Shown in pieces: positions 11,487 to 23,160 of a DNA stretch of 64,000 nt; within the stretch, counting starts at the first letter, position 1, and each line of letters begins with the position of its first letter. This stretch comes from Felis catus (Eukaryota). Both the position numbers and the translations under genes were made by a program. The stretch is taken from NCBI RefSeq assembly GCF_018350175.1, contig NC_058368.1, positions 192,512,001 through 192,576,000 on the forward strand, written 5' to 3'. The notes beneath the pieces are model-generated. The model saw nothing but the letters and a program-made list of their open reading frames with translations. It ran no database searches and was not told the DNA's origin.

Positions 11487-12175
11487 AGATTTCCAGACCT
11501 CACTACAGCCTCTATAGAGGTGGGTCTGTGAACCAGCATTTTGAAAGGTTCTTTAGATACATTTTTTTTTCAGCACACAAAATTCAATTGTATTTCTATA
11601 CACTGGCATGGAAAAGATGAAAAGGAGATTAAGAAAAACAACTCCGCTTACAAAAGCATCATAAAGAATAAAATACCAGGAATAAATTTAACAAAAATGT
11701 AAAACATCATTGAAAGAAATTGAAGACCGAAGTGGAAAGACATCCTATGTTTGTGGGTAATACGCTCCCAAATTATTTGCAAATTTGATGCAATTCCTAC
11801 AAAATCTATCTACAAATTCAATGCAATTCCTACAAAGTCAAAGCTGGAGTCTTTTCAGAAATTGACAAGTTGATCTTAAAATTCATATGGAAACATTAGG
11901 GACTCAGAACAGCCAAAACAATCTTGAAAAGTACAGAGTTGGAGGATTCATGCTTGCTGATTTTAAAATTTACTAGCTATAGTAAAAGCAGTGTGGTACT
12001 GGGATAAAGATAGACATTTCCCCAGAAAAACAAAACAAAACATGCAAATGACCAATAAACACATGAAAAGATGCTCAACATCATTTAGTCACCAGGAAAT
12101 GCAAATCAAAACAATGCAAATGAGATTTCACTTCCCACACAGTAGGATGACTGTAATCAAAGACAAGTGTTGGAG

Positions 12176-12277
12176 GGGGTCCTGACCCTTGATTTTGGCT
12201 CAGGTCACAATCTCTCAGTTCATGGGTTCGAGGCCTGCATCAGACATCTGTGCTGATGATGCAGAGCCTCCTTGGGA

Positions 12278-12313
<36 letters not shown>

Positions 12314-12377
12314 GTCCCTCTCCCACTGGTGCTGTCTCTATCTCTCTCAAAATAAGTAAATAAACATTAAAAAAAAA
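12176..12377 (+). mobile_element. Can-SINE with A-box region deleted
   Basis: Head collapsed to ggggtcctgacccttgattttggctcagg. Has (CT)n and an A-tail. Confidence 0.9.
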
Positions 12378-12378
12378 C

Positions 12379-12604
12379 GGGGCACCCCGGGTGGCTCAGG
12401 CAGTTAAGCCTCCAACTTTGGCTCAGGTCATGATCTCACCATTCGTGAGTTCGAACCCCACGTAGGGCTCTGTGCTGACAGCTCAGAGCCTGGAGCCTGC
12501 TTCAGATTCTGTGTCTCCCTCTCTCTCTGTTCCTCCACAACTCATGCTCTGTCTCTCTCTTTCTCAAAAATAAGCATTAAAAAAATATAAATTAAAAAAA
12601 AAAA
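12379..12604 (+). mobile_element. Can-SINE directly after the tail of the previous SINE
   Basis: ggggcaccccgggtggctcagg head. The pair is flanked by acaagtgttggag (12163-12175 and 12605-12617). Confidence 0.95.
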
Positions 12605-14446
12605 ACAAGTGTTGGAGAGGGTGTGGAGAAACTAGAACCCTCTAATAGTGCTGATGGGAATGAGAAATGGTGCAGCCTCTGTGGAAAAGCTTGACGGATC
12701 CTCAAAAATTTAAACATAGAATTACCATATGATAAAGCAATTCCATTTCTGGGTAGATACCCAGAAGAAGTGAAAGCAGGGACTCCAACAGAGATTTGTA
12801 TACCCATGTTCACAGCAGCATTATTCACAATAACCAAAAGGTGGAGGCGACTCAAATATCCATCAGTGGACAAGCAGATAAATATTATGATGTACAGCCA
12901 TACAATGGAATATTATTCAGCAATGAAAAGAAGCTTTGTACCAATACAGGCTATAACACGATGAGCCTTGAAAACATTATGATAAATGAAAGAAGCCAGA
13001 CACAAAGAGTCATGTTGTATGGTTCCATTTATATCAAATGTCTGGAACAGGCAAATCCATAAAGACAGAATTAATGGTTGTCCAGGTGAGGGGGGAAATG
13101 GGGAGTGACTGCTAAGGTGATAAGAATGTTCTGGAATTAGATAGTGGTGATGGCTGTGCAGCTATCATAATATGCTAACATGCACTCAATGGTACACTTT
13201 ATGTGAATTCTGTCTCCATAAAACTGCATTTTTTTTAAGTGCTTGTGAACCATTCGGAGAAAAGGGTCTGGAACTCAAGGGTAGGAGAGATTGGAGGTTC
13301 TTAGCCTGGGGGGTAGAGACTTCTAGGGATCTAGGAAGAGGACTCAGGGAGCTTGGCACAAGAAGTCCCATGGCCAGTGATATAGGGTACATGTGCATTT
13401 CTCCAGGTCACAGTATCTTGGTGGGGTCCCTTACTCTGGTGAGGCGCAGAGGCCATGGGCAGGAGGATGTTACTCAGGGAGAGACAAGGAGGGGCACACC
13501 TTGAGATACACCAACTTGAGCTCTCCGCTCTGATACCTGGAGACCATTTAGTTCCATACCATCATTTTAAGTAGGAGGAAACTGGAGTCCAGAGGGAGGA
13601 AGAAACTTGCCAAAGGCTACAAGGCAGTCAGTGGCTAAAATGGAGCCCCTGGACCACCCTGCGTGCCCTTCCTAAACACGCTTTCTCTACTGAACTTTCT
13701 CCCATGATGCCCCTGTGTCCCATTGACACTGTGAGGGAATTTGCCGTGGGTTTATCTGAGCTGCTGCTGTCACCCTGAGTATTGGTTCAGTGTGAGCCAC
13801 TGGGGAGTAAGGAGAAATAATAAAAATAGCTACCATTAAGTTATTGAGGCCATTTGAGGAGACACTATTCCATGCTCTGTCTCAGCTCTCTTGACAATCT
13901 TGTGAATTAGGTACTGGTATTTCTATCTCCATTTCACATCTGGGGAAGTTGAGGCATAGAGTGGTCACGCTTCTTACTCAAGCTCAAGTGGCAGGCTTTC
14001 CTCCAGGGTGCTGGGTGGTTTCCTGTGGAGGTTGCCCAGGGTAGGAGAAATGGTGATATCCTATCACATTGTTTGCCATCTAAATGTGATTAACAAACCA
14101 AAATTCTGTCCCCAGCACCATAGATAACAGATGTTGGGACACGCAAAAAGGTCAGGATGTGGGTCAGATGAGCCCATCACAGTTTTCCCACTGACTGCCT
14201 GTGTGACCTTCCATGAATTCCTCTCCCTCTCTGAGTCTCAGCTTTCTTGGAAAAGATTTTCAAACCTGGATGAGCTTAAGAATAGCAGAGCTGACTTTAA
14301 AAATGTTCCGTACAATGACAAGGATCAATCTTTAAAGCATGTTGTTCAACAAGGGAAGCAAGAAGCAAACACAAGTTCATGCATTATTATTTCATGAACA
14401 TCAAGTCCCCAGCCAGGCACAACTAGTGTTAGAAGGCAGAGCGGTT

Positions 14447-14695
14447 GGGGCACCTGTGTGGCTCAGTCGGTTAAACATCTGACTTCCTTCAGTGCAGGTC
14501 ACGATCTCGCAGTCTACTCCGTGAGCTCGAGCCCACATCCCCCGCGTCGGGCTCTGTGCTGACAGCTCAGAGCCTGGAGCCTGCTTCAGATTCTGTGTCT
14601 CCCCCCCCCCCCCCTCTCTCTCTCTGCGCCCCTCCCCCATTCAAGCTCTGTCTCGCTCTGTCTCTCAAAAATGAATTAAAAAAAAAAAAAAAAGA
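14447..14695 (+). mobile_element. Can-SINE (felid type)
   Basis: Full head, (C)n/(CT)n and poly-A. TSD agaaggcagagcggtt at 14431-14446 and 14696-14711. Confidence 0.96.
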
Positions 14696-15194
14696 AGAAG
14701 GCAGAGCGGTTGGTATGACTTCTGGGGGAAGAGGGAGGGTGGTGTGATCCCGAAGGGGGTAAGGGAAATTTGGGGGTGTGGGCACTGTTCTGCTTCCTCA
14801 CGGGGTGGCCAGGCACATGGGCATATTCATTTTACGGAAACCACTTGAGCCGTATGATCCCTTTTTATGCGCTTTTCAGGATGTATATTGTACATCACAA
14901 CAAAAGTTAAAACCCTCAAAGATTCCTAAGTACCATTCCAGAAGTCACCCTAAAATTTGTTTTTTTTTTCAAATTCTACAGGTGACTTTCACAGAACCAC
15001 TAGGAAATTGTTCTGGAGGGACTGATATTGTTTTGGAGATACTGATATTATGACCTACACTGTGGCTTTATTTAAAACAATATTTTTCAAGTTCTGCACA
15101 CCTTTTTTTCCACCAGGGGATCCCGGTCAGATCAAATGGTACTTAATACTTAGAAACAGCATTTCCTGGGAGGGAGTAAGCTTGTGCTATATTT

Positions 15195-15825
15195 TCATCT
15201 CTTCACCAGTGGACATTTGGGTTTTCAGTTTATACGATTATGATTAAGTTATTGCAAACACTTATGTACAGATTTTTGTACGCACATGAATTTTCATCTC
15301 ATTGGTAAATAAAGGCTTAGAAACGAGATTGCCGGGTTTTATGATAAGTGTATGCTTAACTTTATAATTGTGAAACTATATTCTGAAGTGGTTGCATATT
15401 TTGCATTCCCACCACTGATGTATGAGTCACTTCATATCCTCATCAGCACAAGGTATTGTCAGCTTTCCCTTTCAAGTTTAGCCATTCTAATACGTGTGTA
15501 GTAGGAGCTCATTATACTTTTAATTTTCATTTCCTTACTGACTAATTACAAGCATCTTTTCATTCTTATTTGCCATGCATATATCTTTTTTGGTGAAGTG
15601 TCTCTTCTAGCCTTTTGCCCGTTTTAACATTAGGCTTTCTTACTATTGAATTTTGCAAATTCTTTATGTTGAATACTAGTGATTTATCAGGTATACGATT
15701 TGTGGTTTATTTTTTCAGTTTCTTAACAATGTCTTTCAAAGTACAGAAGTTCTTAATTTCAATAAAGTCCAGTTTATCTTTTGTGGATTGTGTTTCTGGT
15801 GTCTTGTCTAAGAACTCTTTGCCTG
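15195..15825 (-). mobile_element. Old L1 fragment, antisense
   Basis: 'gtggacatttggg...ttgcattcccaccactgatgtatg...tttagccattctaa...ttggtgaagtgtct'. Confidence 0.8.
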
Positions 15826-16600
15826 AGACATCGGAATTCTTGATATGGTTCTACAACTGACTGGCAGAGTGATTTTGAGCAAGCCCCTTCCCCTCTCCGG
15901 GCTTCTTTGTCTCCAGCTTGCAATGAAACCATTGCAGTAGGGGTTCTGTCAGAGCCTGTCTAGTTCTGCTATTTTAAGTCTAAATGGCAGTTCTAAGACT
16001 AATCATATTAAGGGCCCTATAATAAGAATAACTATAACTCCATTTTCTGAGCATTTCACAGGTGCTAGGCATTGAGGGACTTATACTGCATTATCTCTTT
16101 TCACTGTCACTTAAACCCATGAGAAGTCCTATTATTAGTCACGTTTCCCCGAGGAAGTCACTGAGGTCAAGTCACTTGTCCAAGTGGCCAAGGCCACTTG
16201 CTACCCACCTGATCAGCACAGAGGTGGGACTCCAGCCTATCAGTCTGAATGGCCGTGGTGGTATGGTGTGTGTGATAGCTGGGGGAACGGTCCCATCTGA
16301 ATGGCCCTCGTTACTTGGAGGAGAACCTTGGAGGGCGAGCAGAGGGTGGGGAAATTCTCTCAAGTGAGAAGGGAGGTGGGGCGGGTATAGGTGGTGGGAA
16401 TTTACAGCCAGCAGATTCATAAAATCCTTGCATCTCCCTATGGGTCACTGGGACCCCTCCGGACTCCCTCCCCTGATGGCCTCAAGAAGGCTGGATGGAG
16501 CCCTTAGTACAGGAAGCAGAGGAGGGAGGTGCGGGGAGGCTGGCAGGGCGCCAAATGCGTTCGCTGCACGCCAAGGGTGCACGCGCCTTCGCTGGAGCGA

Positions 16601-16630
16601 GTGTGTGTGTGTGTGTGTGCGCGCGCGCGC
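16601..16630. repeat. (GT)9(GC)6 alternating purine-pyrimidine tract
   Basis: Read directly: gtgtgtgtgtgtgtgtgtgcgcgcgcgcgc. Confidence 0.95.
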
Positions 16631-17315
16631 CGGTGGAGAGAGTGACTGAGATTGGGCATGACTGTGTGCGTTGTGAGTGTCGTTCTATTTACTAACTCAC
16701 CAAGTAGCCCTGGAGAGCTGCGTGCCAGCCCCCTGCCTGGTGATAGCGGCTGACACAAGAGCTGAGGACCTTGTCCGCCCTGCGGGAGCCGACACTCCGG
16801 GGAGGGGAAGTGTTCAGGGGGCAGACCTTAAATCAAGCCGGAAAAAAAACAAAATTAACGTCGTGGGTGCGTGTGTCTGGCTCTGGGACACTGTGCGCGT
16901 CATGGGCGCAGCGGGGATGTGGCGCACGCGCTCTCCCCTGCTCTGGGGTGCAGCGGCCGGGGGCGCGGGGCGAGCCTGGAACCTGTCGGAAACCCCAGCG
17001 GACCGCGTCCAGCAGCTCGCCAGCGGTGGAAGGGGCGTGACCGGCCGGAGCAGCGGCCCCCGTCCGCCCTGGGCACCTGTCTTCTGAACTCGGGCCGAGC
17101 CAGTCCCTCCAGGAGAGCATCCCCCACCCCCACTCCCCGCCCCGAAGACTCTCTGCAAGCCCCAAACCAAGCTGACGTGAGCGCCAAAGGACACCACCTT
17201 TTAACTGATGAGGCAAGGGAGGCCCGCGGAGGGAGGGGCCGACCCGCGTCCCGCAGGGAGTGGGGGCGGATCGGACACGTGCACTCGCGGCCCCTGAGTC
17301 CGCCACTCTGCCACT

Positions 17316-17335
17316 TGGCCGGTAGGTGGCGCTAG
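17316..17335 (+). promoter_or_regulatory. Strong CTCF motif
   Basis: TGGCCGGTAGGTGGCGCTAG compared with consensus TGGCCACCAGRKGGCRCTA. It lies in a CpG island, which is probably unmethylated. Confidence 0.65.
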
Positions 17336-19669
17336 AGGCCAGGGTTAGGCGGGCGGCCCGCGCGGGGGCCCCAAGGCTTTGGGCTCTGGAGAAAGGGCCG
17401 CAAAAACATTCACTGCAGTTATTAAGCACTTGCTGTGTGCCAGACGGTGGTCTGGGGGCCTTTTACGCATTAGCATGTTTAACCCTCCCATTTTACAGAT
17501 AAGGAAACTGAGGCTCAGAGATTCTTTTTAAGTACTTTCCTGTGGCCACCAAACTTTCCATGTGGCAGGACCATGGTCCCCCGCCCAGTTCAGGGGGCCA
17601 AGCAGTGCTCTCACACAAATCACCTCACTGTACCGGGTGGGGGAAGCAGGGGTTGAGAGTTGGCCCAGTTCTTGCCGGGATGGGTTGCTGGCTCCGATGC
17701 CAGGTGATGTGAGCTGAGGGGTAGAACTGCCTCTATGGCAGGAGGTGGTGGATATCCTGGGAGGAGGAGAGTGGCTGGGAGGAGCAGCAGGGGGTCTGAA
17801 GCCCTGCCCTTCCTCCCCTTTCTCCAGGGCCTCCCCAAGTCTTACCATATTCCACCTTGGGGTCTCGCACTTGGGCGCAAGAGGAGGTGCCCAGCCTTCC
17901 CTTTGCCCCTCTCCTCCCCAACCCCAGATGTACCTGTTCACCCTGTTCACAGCATGGCCCCTCTGGGAAGCCTTCTCTGACCAGGGGGGCCCAAGAATCC
18001 TTCCCATCCTACCTGCTCCTGGAGGCGAAGTCCAGGTAGCCATCTTTGCAACAAGCTCCCCAGGCATCCTTCCTACCACTTGGTGAGGTATGGAACCACC
18101 TCCTCCAACCCAGCCTCCAGGTTTGCACCTGAAACCGGCAGGTGTTGCTTGCCTTTTTAAATACACCCGTTCAGTTCGCTCTCCCACAATGGGAAGCACA
18201 TGGGCTCAGAGCAAGGCTCCTGGCACGCCCCCCCCCCATCCCCATCCCCAGTCCCTGCCCAGAACCCAGGACAGTGGCTTGACAGGTCTATAGCCCTCAT
18301 TCTGCAAATTGTTCAGAGCCCCCAGTAGGTGGCTCCCCCTAAGCACTGGGCAGAGGCTCTCAGTTCACCTCCTCTCTTGGCAGAGGCAGAAAATAAGCAG
18401 AAAACAGATACGAATTTCAGCCTCTGATTGAAAAATGAAACAGAGGAATAATGTGACCGTGGGAAGGGACGGCCCTCCTTCAGGAAGGCAGGGGGGAAAG
18501 TCCTCTCTGCGATAAGCCATTTGAGATGACACCTGGAGGGAGAGCCTTTTGAAGATCTGGGAATGGGGTTCCAGACACAGGAAGAGCCCGGTCCAGAGTC
18601 CCAGAGCGAGAATAAGCTGGGGAGGGGTTGGTGGTCCAGGAGAGAGAGAAGGCAGGCATGGCTAGAGGGCCCCAGAGCCAGGGCTGAGTTCAGAGAGGCC
18701 AGGAGGGCCTTGTGGGCGGAACATGGGTTTGGAGTTTATTCTGCACAGAGAGGAAGCCCCCTGGAGGGTCCTAAGCAGGAGAGTGAGGTGCTCCATTTAA
18801 TTTTAATCTCTCTGCTGCTGTGGTTCTGTTGCAAGTTTGCGGAGGGTTCCTCCCTCAGGGTCCCATAACCTCCCCCCCTCCTCCTCCCCATAAACAATCT
18901 GAAGCTGAGAACCCTTGGGGCACAGCTGGTAGCCAGGGCCCCTGACCCGGGCCAGCTCAGGTCTGCAGAGTTAATCCCCTGGCCCAGAGCAGCCTGTGAT
19001 TAGCAGGCCCTGCCACTCCCTGCTGATAAACTCCCAGGCTGGTCTCTGACTGGGAGAGAAGTGGAGAAATCAAAGCAGGCAGAGGAGGGGGTGCTCCGGG
19101 AGCAACCTAGGAGGCCTTATCTCTCCCCTTTTTAAGGTGCTGAGTTTCCTGGGTGAGAGCCGCTGCTGGGTCTGTCCCTCATTTGGCACTTTCATAGCCA
19201 CTATCTTGGCCAGGGCCCAGAGTGGATTTTATGGAGCCCTACTTAAAGACGAGAAAACAAAGTTAGGTGCAGGGCTTCAGAAGGGGTGCTGTGCAGGGTA
19301 GCGCCCGGAAGCCAAAGCTTCTCCTCTGATCTCCTTCAGTCAGGGGAGTGAGCCCCACAGACAGATCAGACGCTGAGGCTCTGAGTGCCTGAAGGTTATG
19401 GGGTGAGCCAAGGAGTCTCCCCTGCTGTGTTTCCTGACTCCAGTCCAGGGCTCTTTCCCCCACCCAAGTCACCTAAAGATACAGTCGCCCCTTCTCCCTG
19501 CCCCAAGCTGCAAGGGGAAGGGTAGCACAGGGCATCCTGGAGATGGGTGGGCAGGTAGCTTGCTGGGGAGGAGAGGGTTCATCTTGGGGCTGTATCCCTG
19601 CGGGCACAGGGTCCTGTGTGAGCTGGGACCTCCATCTCCCTATCAGACATTCCAAACCTGCATGTTCTG

Positions 19670-19830
19670 AACCAACTGGAGTTCCGAGCATCGTCTCAAG
19701 GACCTGGCTGAGAGTCAGAATCCCCAGGAGCATGTTAAACTGCAGTTTCTGGGGCCCCAAGCCATAGAATCAGAACCGCCAGGGGTGGGGCCGGGAATCT
19801 GTATCTTGAACACACTTGCTAGGTTCTTCT
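19670..19830. mobile_element. MER5-like hAT-Charlie relic
   Basis: 'agtcagaatccccaggagcatgttaaactgcagtttctggggcccc...aatcagaa...ggggtggggccgggaatctgtatctt'. Confidence 0.7.
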
Positions 19831-20326
19831 TTGGCACAGACGAGGCTGGGAAACACCGATCTGACCCTTGGCCCTGAGTCCTGGGTCGGGGGTCGGGGGT
19901 CGGGGGGTGTCTAACTACTATGTCAGATGGGGTTTCAACAGCGGTATCAAGGACAAAAAGGGCGAGTGTGTGTGTGAGCACAGGTGTCTAGGACAGGAGG
20001 CTGAGGGGCTGTGCCTGGGCTTGATTTCGGCCTCTAGAACTCAAGAGTGGAACCGCCTCAGGTTTTCCTTCTGCTCCCCTCAAGAAGGGAGTTCCTGAGA
20101 CCTCGCACAGGAATCATTAAAACAGTTATTATTCTCTGGCGATCCTTTAGAGCACCTAGGCTATGTGCACAGTCCTGTGAAGGAGCTGAGACCGTCATTC
20201 CGGGGCTAGATGAAGTAGGTGGGCCCAGAGAGGGTAGGGAACTTGTCAGAGGTCACCCAGCTGGTAACTGGCAAGGATGAGATTTGACCCCAGGGATGTC
20301 TGATTCCAGAGTGCATATTTTTAGAC

Positions 20327-20345
20327 CTTTCTTTCTTTTCTTTCT

Positions 20346-20389
<44 letters not shown>

Positions 20390-20397
20390 TTTTTTTC
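20327..20397. repeat. (TTTC)n microsatellite
   Basis: Read directly. Confidence 0.95.
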
Positions 20398-20604
20398 TGC
20401 CCCTGCATTTCCTGTCTCTCTCAGTGACACTGAACCCCTCCTCTGTGCCGGTCAGAGAGCCTGGTGCCTTCTCTCCACCCTTTTGCTGTGCCAGTTGAAC
20501 TAGGTACAGTGCGTGGCCGCACTGTGCAAACTGTAAAGCACTCTCTGGCCACAGAGGGTCTTGTGTGTTCACTCACCATGCTTCACTCACAGCCTCATTC
20601 ACTT

Positions 20605-20770
20605 GCTTCATTCTCCAAGTTTGGGGGCGCAGCAGGGTTACCTGAGAACTCGTTAAAATTCAGATTGCCCAGCCTTACCCCCAGAGATTCTGATTCAGGG
20701 CTGGTCCCGGGACTATGCATATTTTACAGCTTCCCAGACTGTGTGCTGCAGTGGTTTAAACACTGCACTT
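20605..20770. mobile_element. MER5-like relic
   Basis: 'gttaaaattcagattgcccagccttaccccagagattctgattcagg...tgcatattttacagcttccca'. Confidence 0.7.
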
Positions 20771-21149
20771 TAAGATACACTGTAATAGAAGGGGCTGATG
20801 TCAGGAGAAAGGCACAGACATCATCTGGTGGCCAGAGTCTCAGATCATGAAAGTTAAGATGTTCTTCCCATAAAAATGTACAAACCCACCTACCTCTAAG
20901 ATTTTGCAGTTTCAGGCGATTCCTGGATCCTTGAAAGCCAACCATGGATCCTTGTCCCCAGTGGAAGAACCATCGACTGGTCTAAAAGCCAGGCTTGGGC
21001 TCTTAGCTTGCTTCTGCCATGTAGCCTCCCCTGACCTCTGTGTTGACACAGTGCTTAGTGAGGACATAACTCCATCAGGATAGCTGTTTACATATTTTCC
21101 TCCCCTCCTGGACTATGGGACTTGTGGTGGTCGTTTTCTCCCCCTTTCT

Positions 21150-21455
21150 AACCCATGATAAGGGTGTACTTCTCTTTGAGGTTAGGCATCACCAAGTGAT
21201 TTACAGTGGCCAATAAAATGTTGGTGATACAAACTGTACGAGCCAGTGTGTGATTCACCATATTCTGTTCACCTTGCCAGTGACCTTGGAAACACATGTG
21301 TAAGTGGAGGGGCCACCAGCTGCTGTCCCTGAGTGCCTGGCGGAACAGAAACTCCTGCTCACCTGTGTTGGGCACGTAGCATGAGTGTGAACTAAGCCTT
21401 GGTTGTGCTAAGCACTGGGTTGTTTGTCGCTGAAGGGCGACCTGGTGTGTCCTGA
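21150..21455 (+). mobile_element. MLT1H/I/J-like LTR relic
   Basis: 'tggccaataaaatgt...ccttgccagtgaccttggaaacacatgtg...gtagcatgagtgtgaactaagccttggttgtgctaagc'. Confidence 0.6.
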
Positions 21456-21971
21456 TGGGTCAGGTGCTTTGACGCAATGAGCTTTGGGTCTCCAGTTCCT
21501 AGCACAGGCTGGGGCAGAGGAGGTGCTCAAAAATCACACGGGCTACCATTTATTAAGACCTTGCTAAGCTCCAGGCACCGTTCACTGTTATCTTACCTAA
21601 AACTCCCACCAACCCTGTAAGTCAGGTGTCATTATTCCCGATTTACAGATGAGGGACATTTCTGGCTCTCGAGTGGCCTTAGAACCTACACCTCTGTCCT
21701 CCAGCACCCCGTCTGCAGCGCCACTTGTGACCCAAGAGACAACTGGGCTGGTGTTTTTTCTTGCTGCTCACTAAGCCAGGGGCTTCTCACTGAGCCTGGG
21801 TTTGCACCGTGTGAAAGGGTTCCATGGCACCGCTTTCCTCCCGGGTCAGCTGGGACCTGTACAGTGCTCCGCACGGTGCCTGGCCCAGAGTAAGGGCTCC
21901 CTAATGGTAGCGGTTATTTTTAATTATGATGCTTCTCTGCCTTGGAGACAAGTTGTTTGAAAGAACAAACG

Positions 21972-22194
21972 GGGGCGCCTGGGTGGCGCAGTCGGTTAAG
22001 CGTCCGACTTCAGCCAGGTCACGATCTCGCGGTCCGTGAGTTCGAGCCCCGCGTCAGACTCTGGGCTGATGGCTCGGAGCCTGGAGCCTGTTTCCGATTC
22101 TGTGTCTCCCTCTCTCTCTGCCCCTCCCCCGTTCATGCTCTGTCTCTCTCTGTCCCAAAAATAAATAAAAACGTTGAAAAAAAAATTAAAAAAA
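21972..22194 (+). mobile_element. Young felid Can-SINE (SINEC_Fc-type)
   Basis: Intact A box (TGGCGCAGTCGG) and B box (GTTCGAGCC), CpGs retained. TSD gaaagaacaaacg at 21959-21971 and 22195-22207. Confidence 0.97.
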
Positions 22195-22499
22195 GAAAGA
22201 ACAAACGAACGGAGAAGGGTGGAGTGAACCAGAAGTTGGGATGAGGAGTCTGGGGACACATTGGGAGCCCCACAGCAAAGGTGGCTCTTCTTTTTATGCA
22301 CCCCCAACCACCGTTGGGGATCAGCTTCCATCTGCCCAGCCTTCGCCTGTGTGCCTGGTTCTGTGCAAAACGCTTCACACATATTCAGCGTCGCGGAACC
22401 CTATGAGGGAGGTGCCGTTATTCACCCCCATTTTACAGATGCGGAAACCGAGGCTGGGGAGGTCAAGGATCTTTCCCAAGGACTCCCTGCAAGGAGAGG

Positions 22500-23160
22500 C
22501 AGCGCCCGGCTGACTCTGGAGCCGGGGATATGAACCTCTTAGTGAAACGCGCTTCTGTTTTAGGGGAAACAAGGGGAGGCGAGGCAGCAGCGAGCCCCCG
22601 GTTGGGGGCGGGGGGCTGGGCTTCCATTCCGGCTCTTTGTCCCTTGCAGCCTTCTCCCTGCTCACCGCAAAGGTGTGAACGCACGCACACACACACACCC
22701 CCAGGAAAAGAAAGAAAGCGACAGGAACGCCCTAGCGGCCGCAGGCGCCCCTCCCGCCCCGCGCGGCCCTCCCCGCGGCCGCACAGACTCGCTGTCACCA
22801 CCGTGATTGGTAGACTAAACAGCTGCAGCGGAGCCGGCCTCCTCGCCAGCTCTCGCCCGGGCGGCCGGCTTTCAAAGACGGGGCCTCGGCGGCTATCTCC
22901 CCCATCAGCCCCAGCAGCATTTAGCCACTTTCTTCAAACACCCAGCCAGGGCATGATGGTTAACGTCAAATCTGGCAGCAAGTCATAACCTATAGGGCTG
23001 GGACATTTATCACGGGGCCCCGGGGGCCCCTGGGGACTTCAAAGGGGCCTGAGGGGCGGGGGCGCGGGGAGGGGGCTCCGAGCGGGGCTCTTCCTCCACC
23101 CAGGGTCTCAGATCCCTCCTAGGCGGAGGGATCCAGGGGCTACCTCTGTGGGCGGGCCCA
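22500..23160. promoter_or_regulatory. CpG island with promoter/enhancer motifs
   Basis: Dense CpG (gcggccgc, ccgcgg). ATTGG at 22806-22810, TCF/LEF-like TTCAAAG twice (~22871, ~23038), GC boxes at ~23052 and ~23150. Confidence 0.85.

Larger units (their letters stand above)
11572..13235 (+). mobile_element. Older L1 (L1MB-like) ORF2/3'UTR fragments, split by two SINEs
   Basis: Decayed ORF2 peptides (e.g. 'HMKRCSTS...EMQIKT', 'CIPMFTAALFTI') and a 3'UTR ending 'ttatgtgaattctgtctccataaaactg'. Confidence 0.85.
16520..17400. promoter_or_regulatory. CpG island
   Basis: About 0.9 kb, GC-rich with many CpGs. Contains GC boxes, TGACGT (CRE-like, 17173) and (GT)9(GC)6. Confidence 0.85.

Noticed and set aside
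16677..18199. Several 130-223-aa ORFs on both strands
   Set aside because: Expected by chance in GC-rich island DNA, mutually overlapping and with no known homology.
21972..22060. tRNA-like A/B boxes
   Set aside because: These are tRNA-derived SINE heads followed by (CT)n and poly-A, not tRNA genes.
21942..22244. Same peptide (GAPGWRSRLSVRLQPGHDL...) recurring at 28600-28896, resembling a paralogous gene pair
   Set aside because: It is the translation of two copies of the young Can-SINE.
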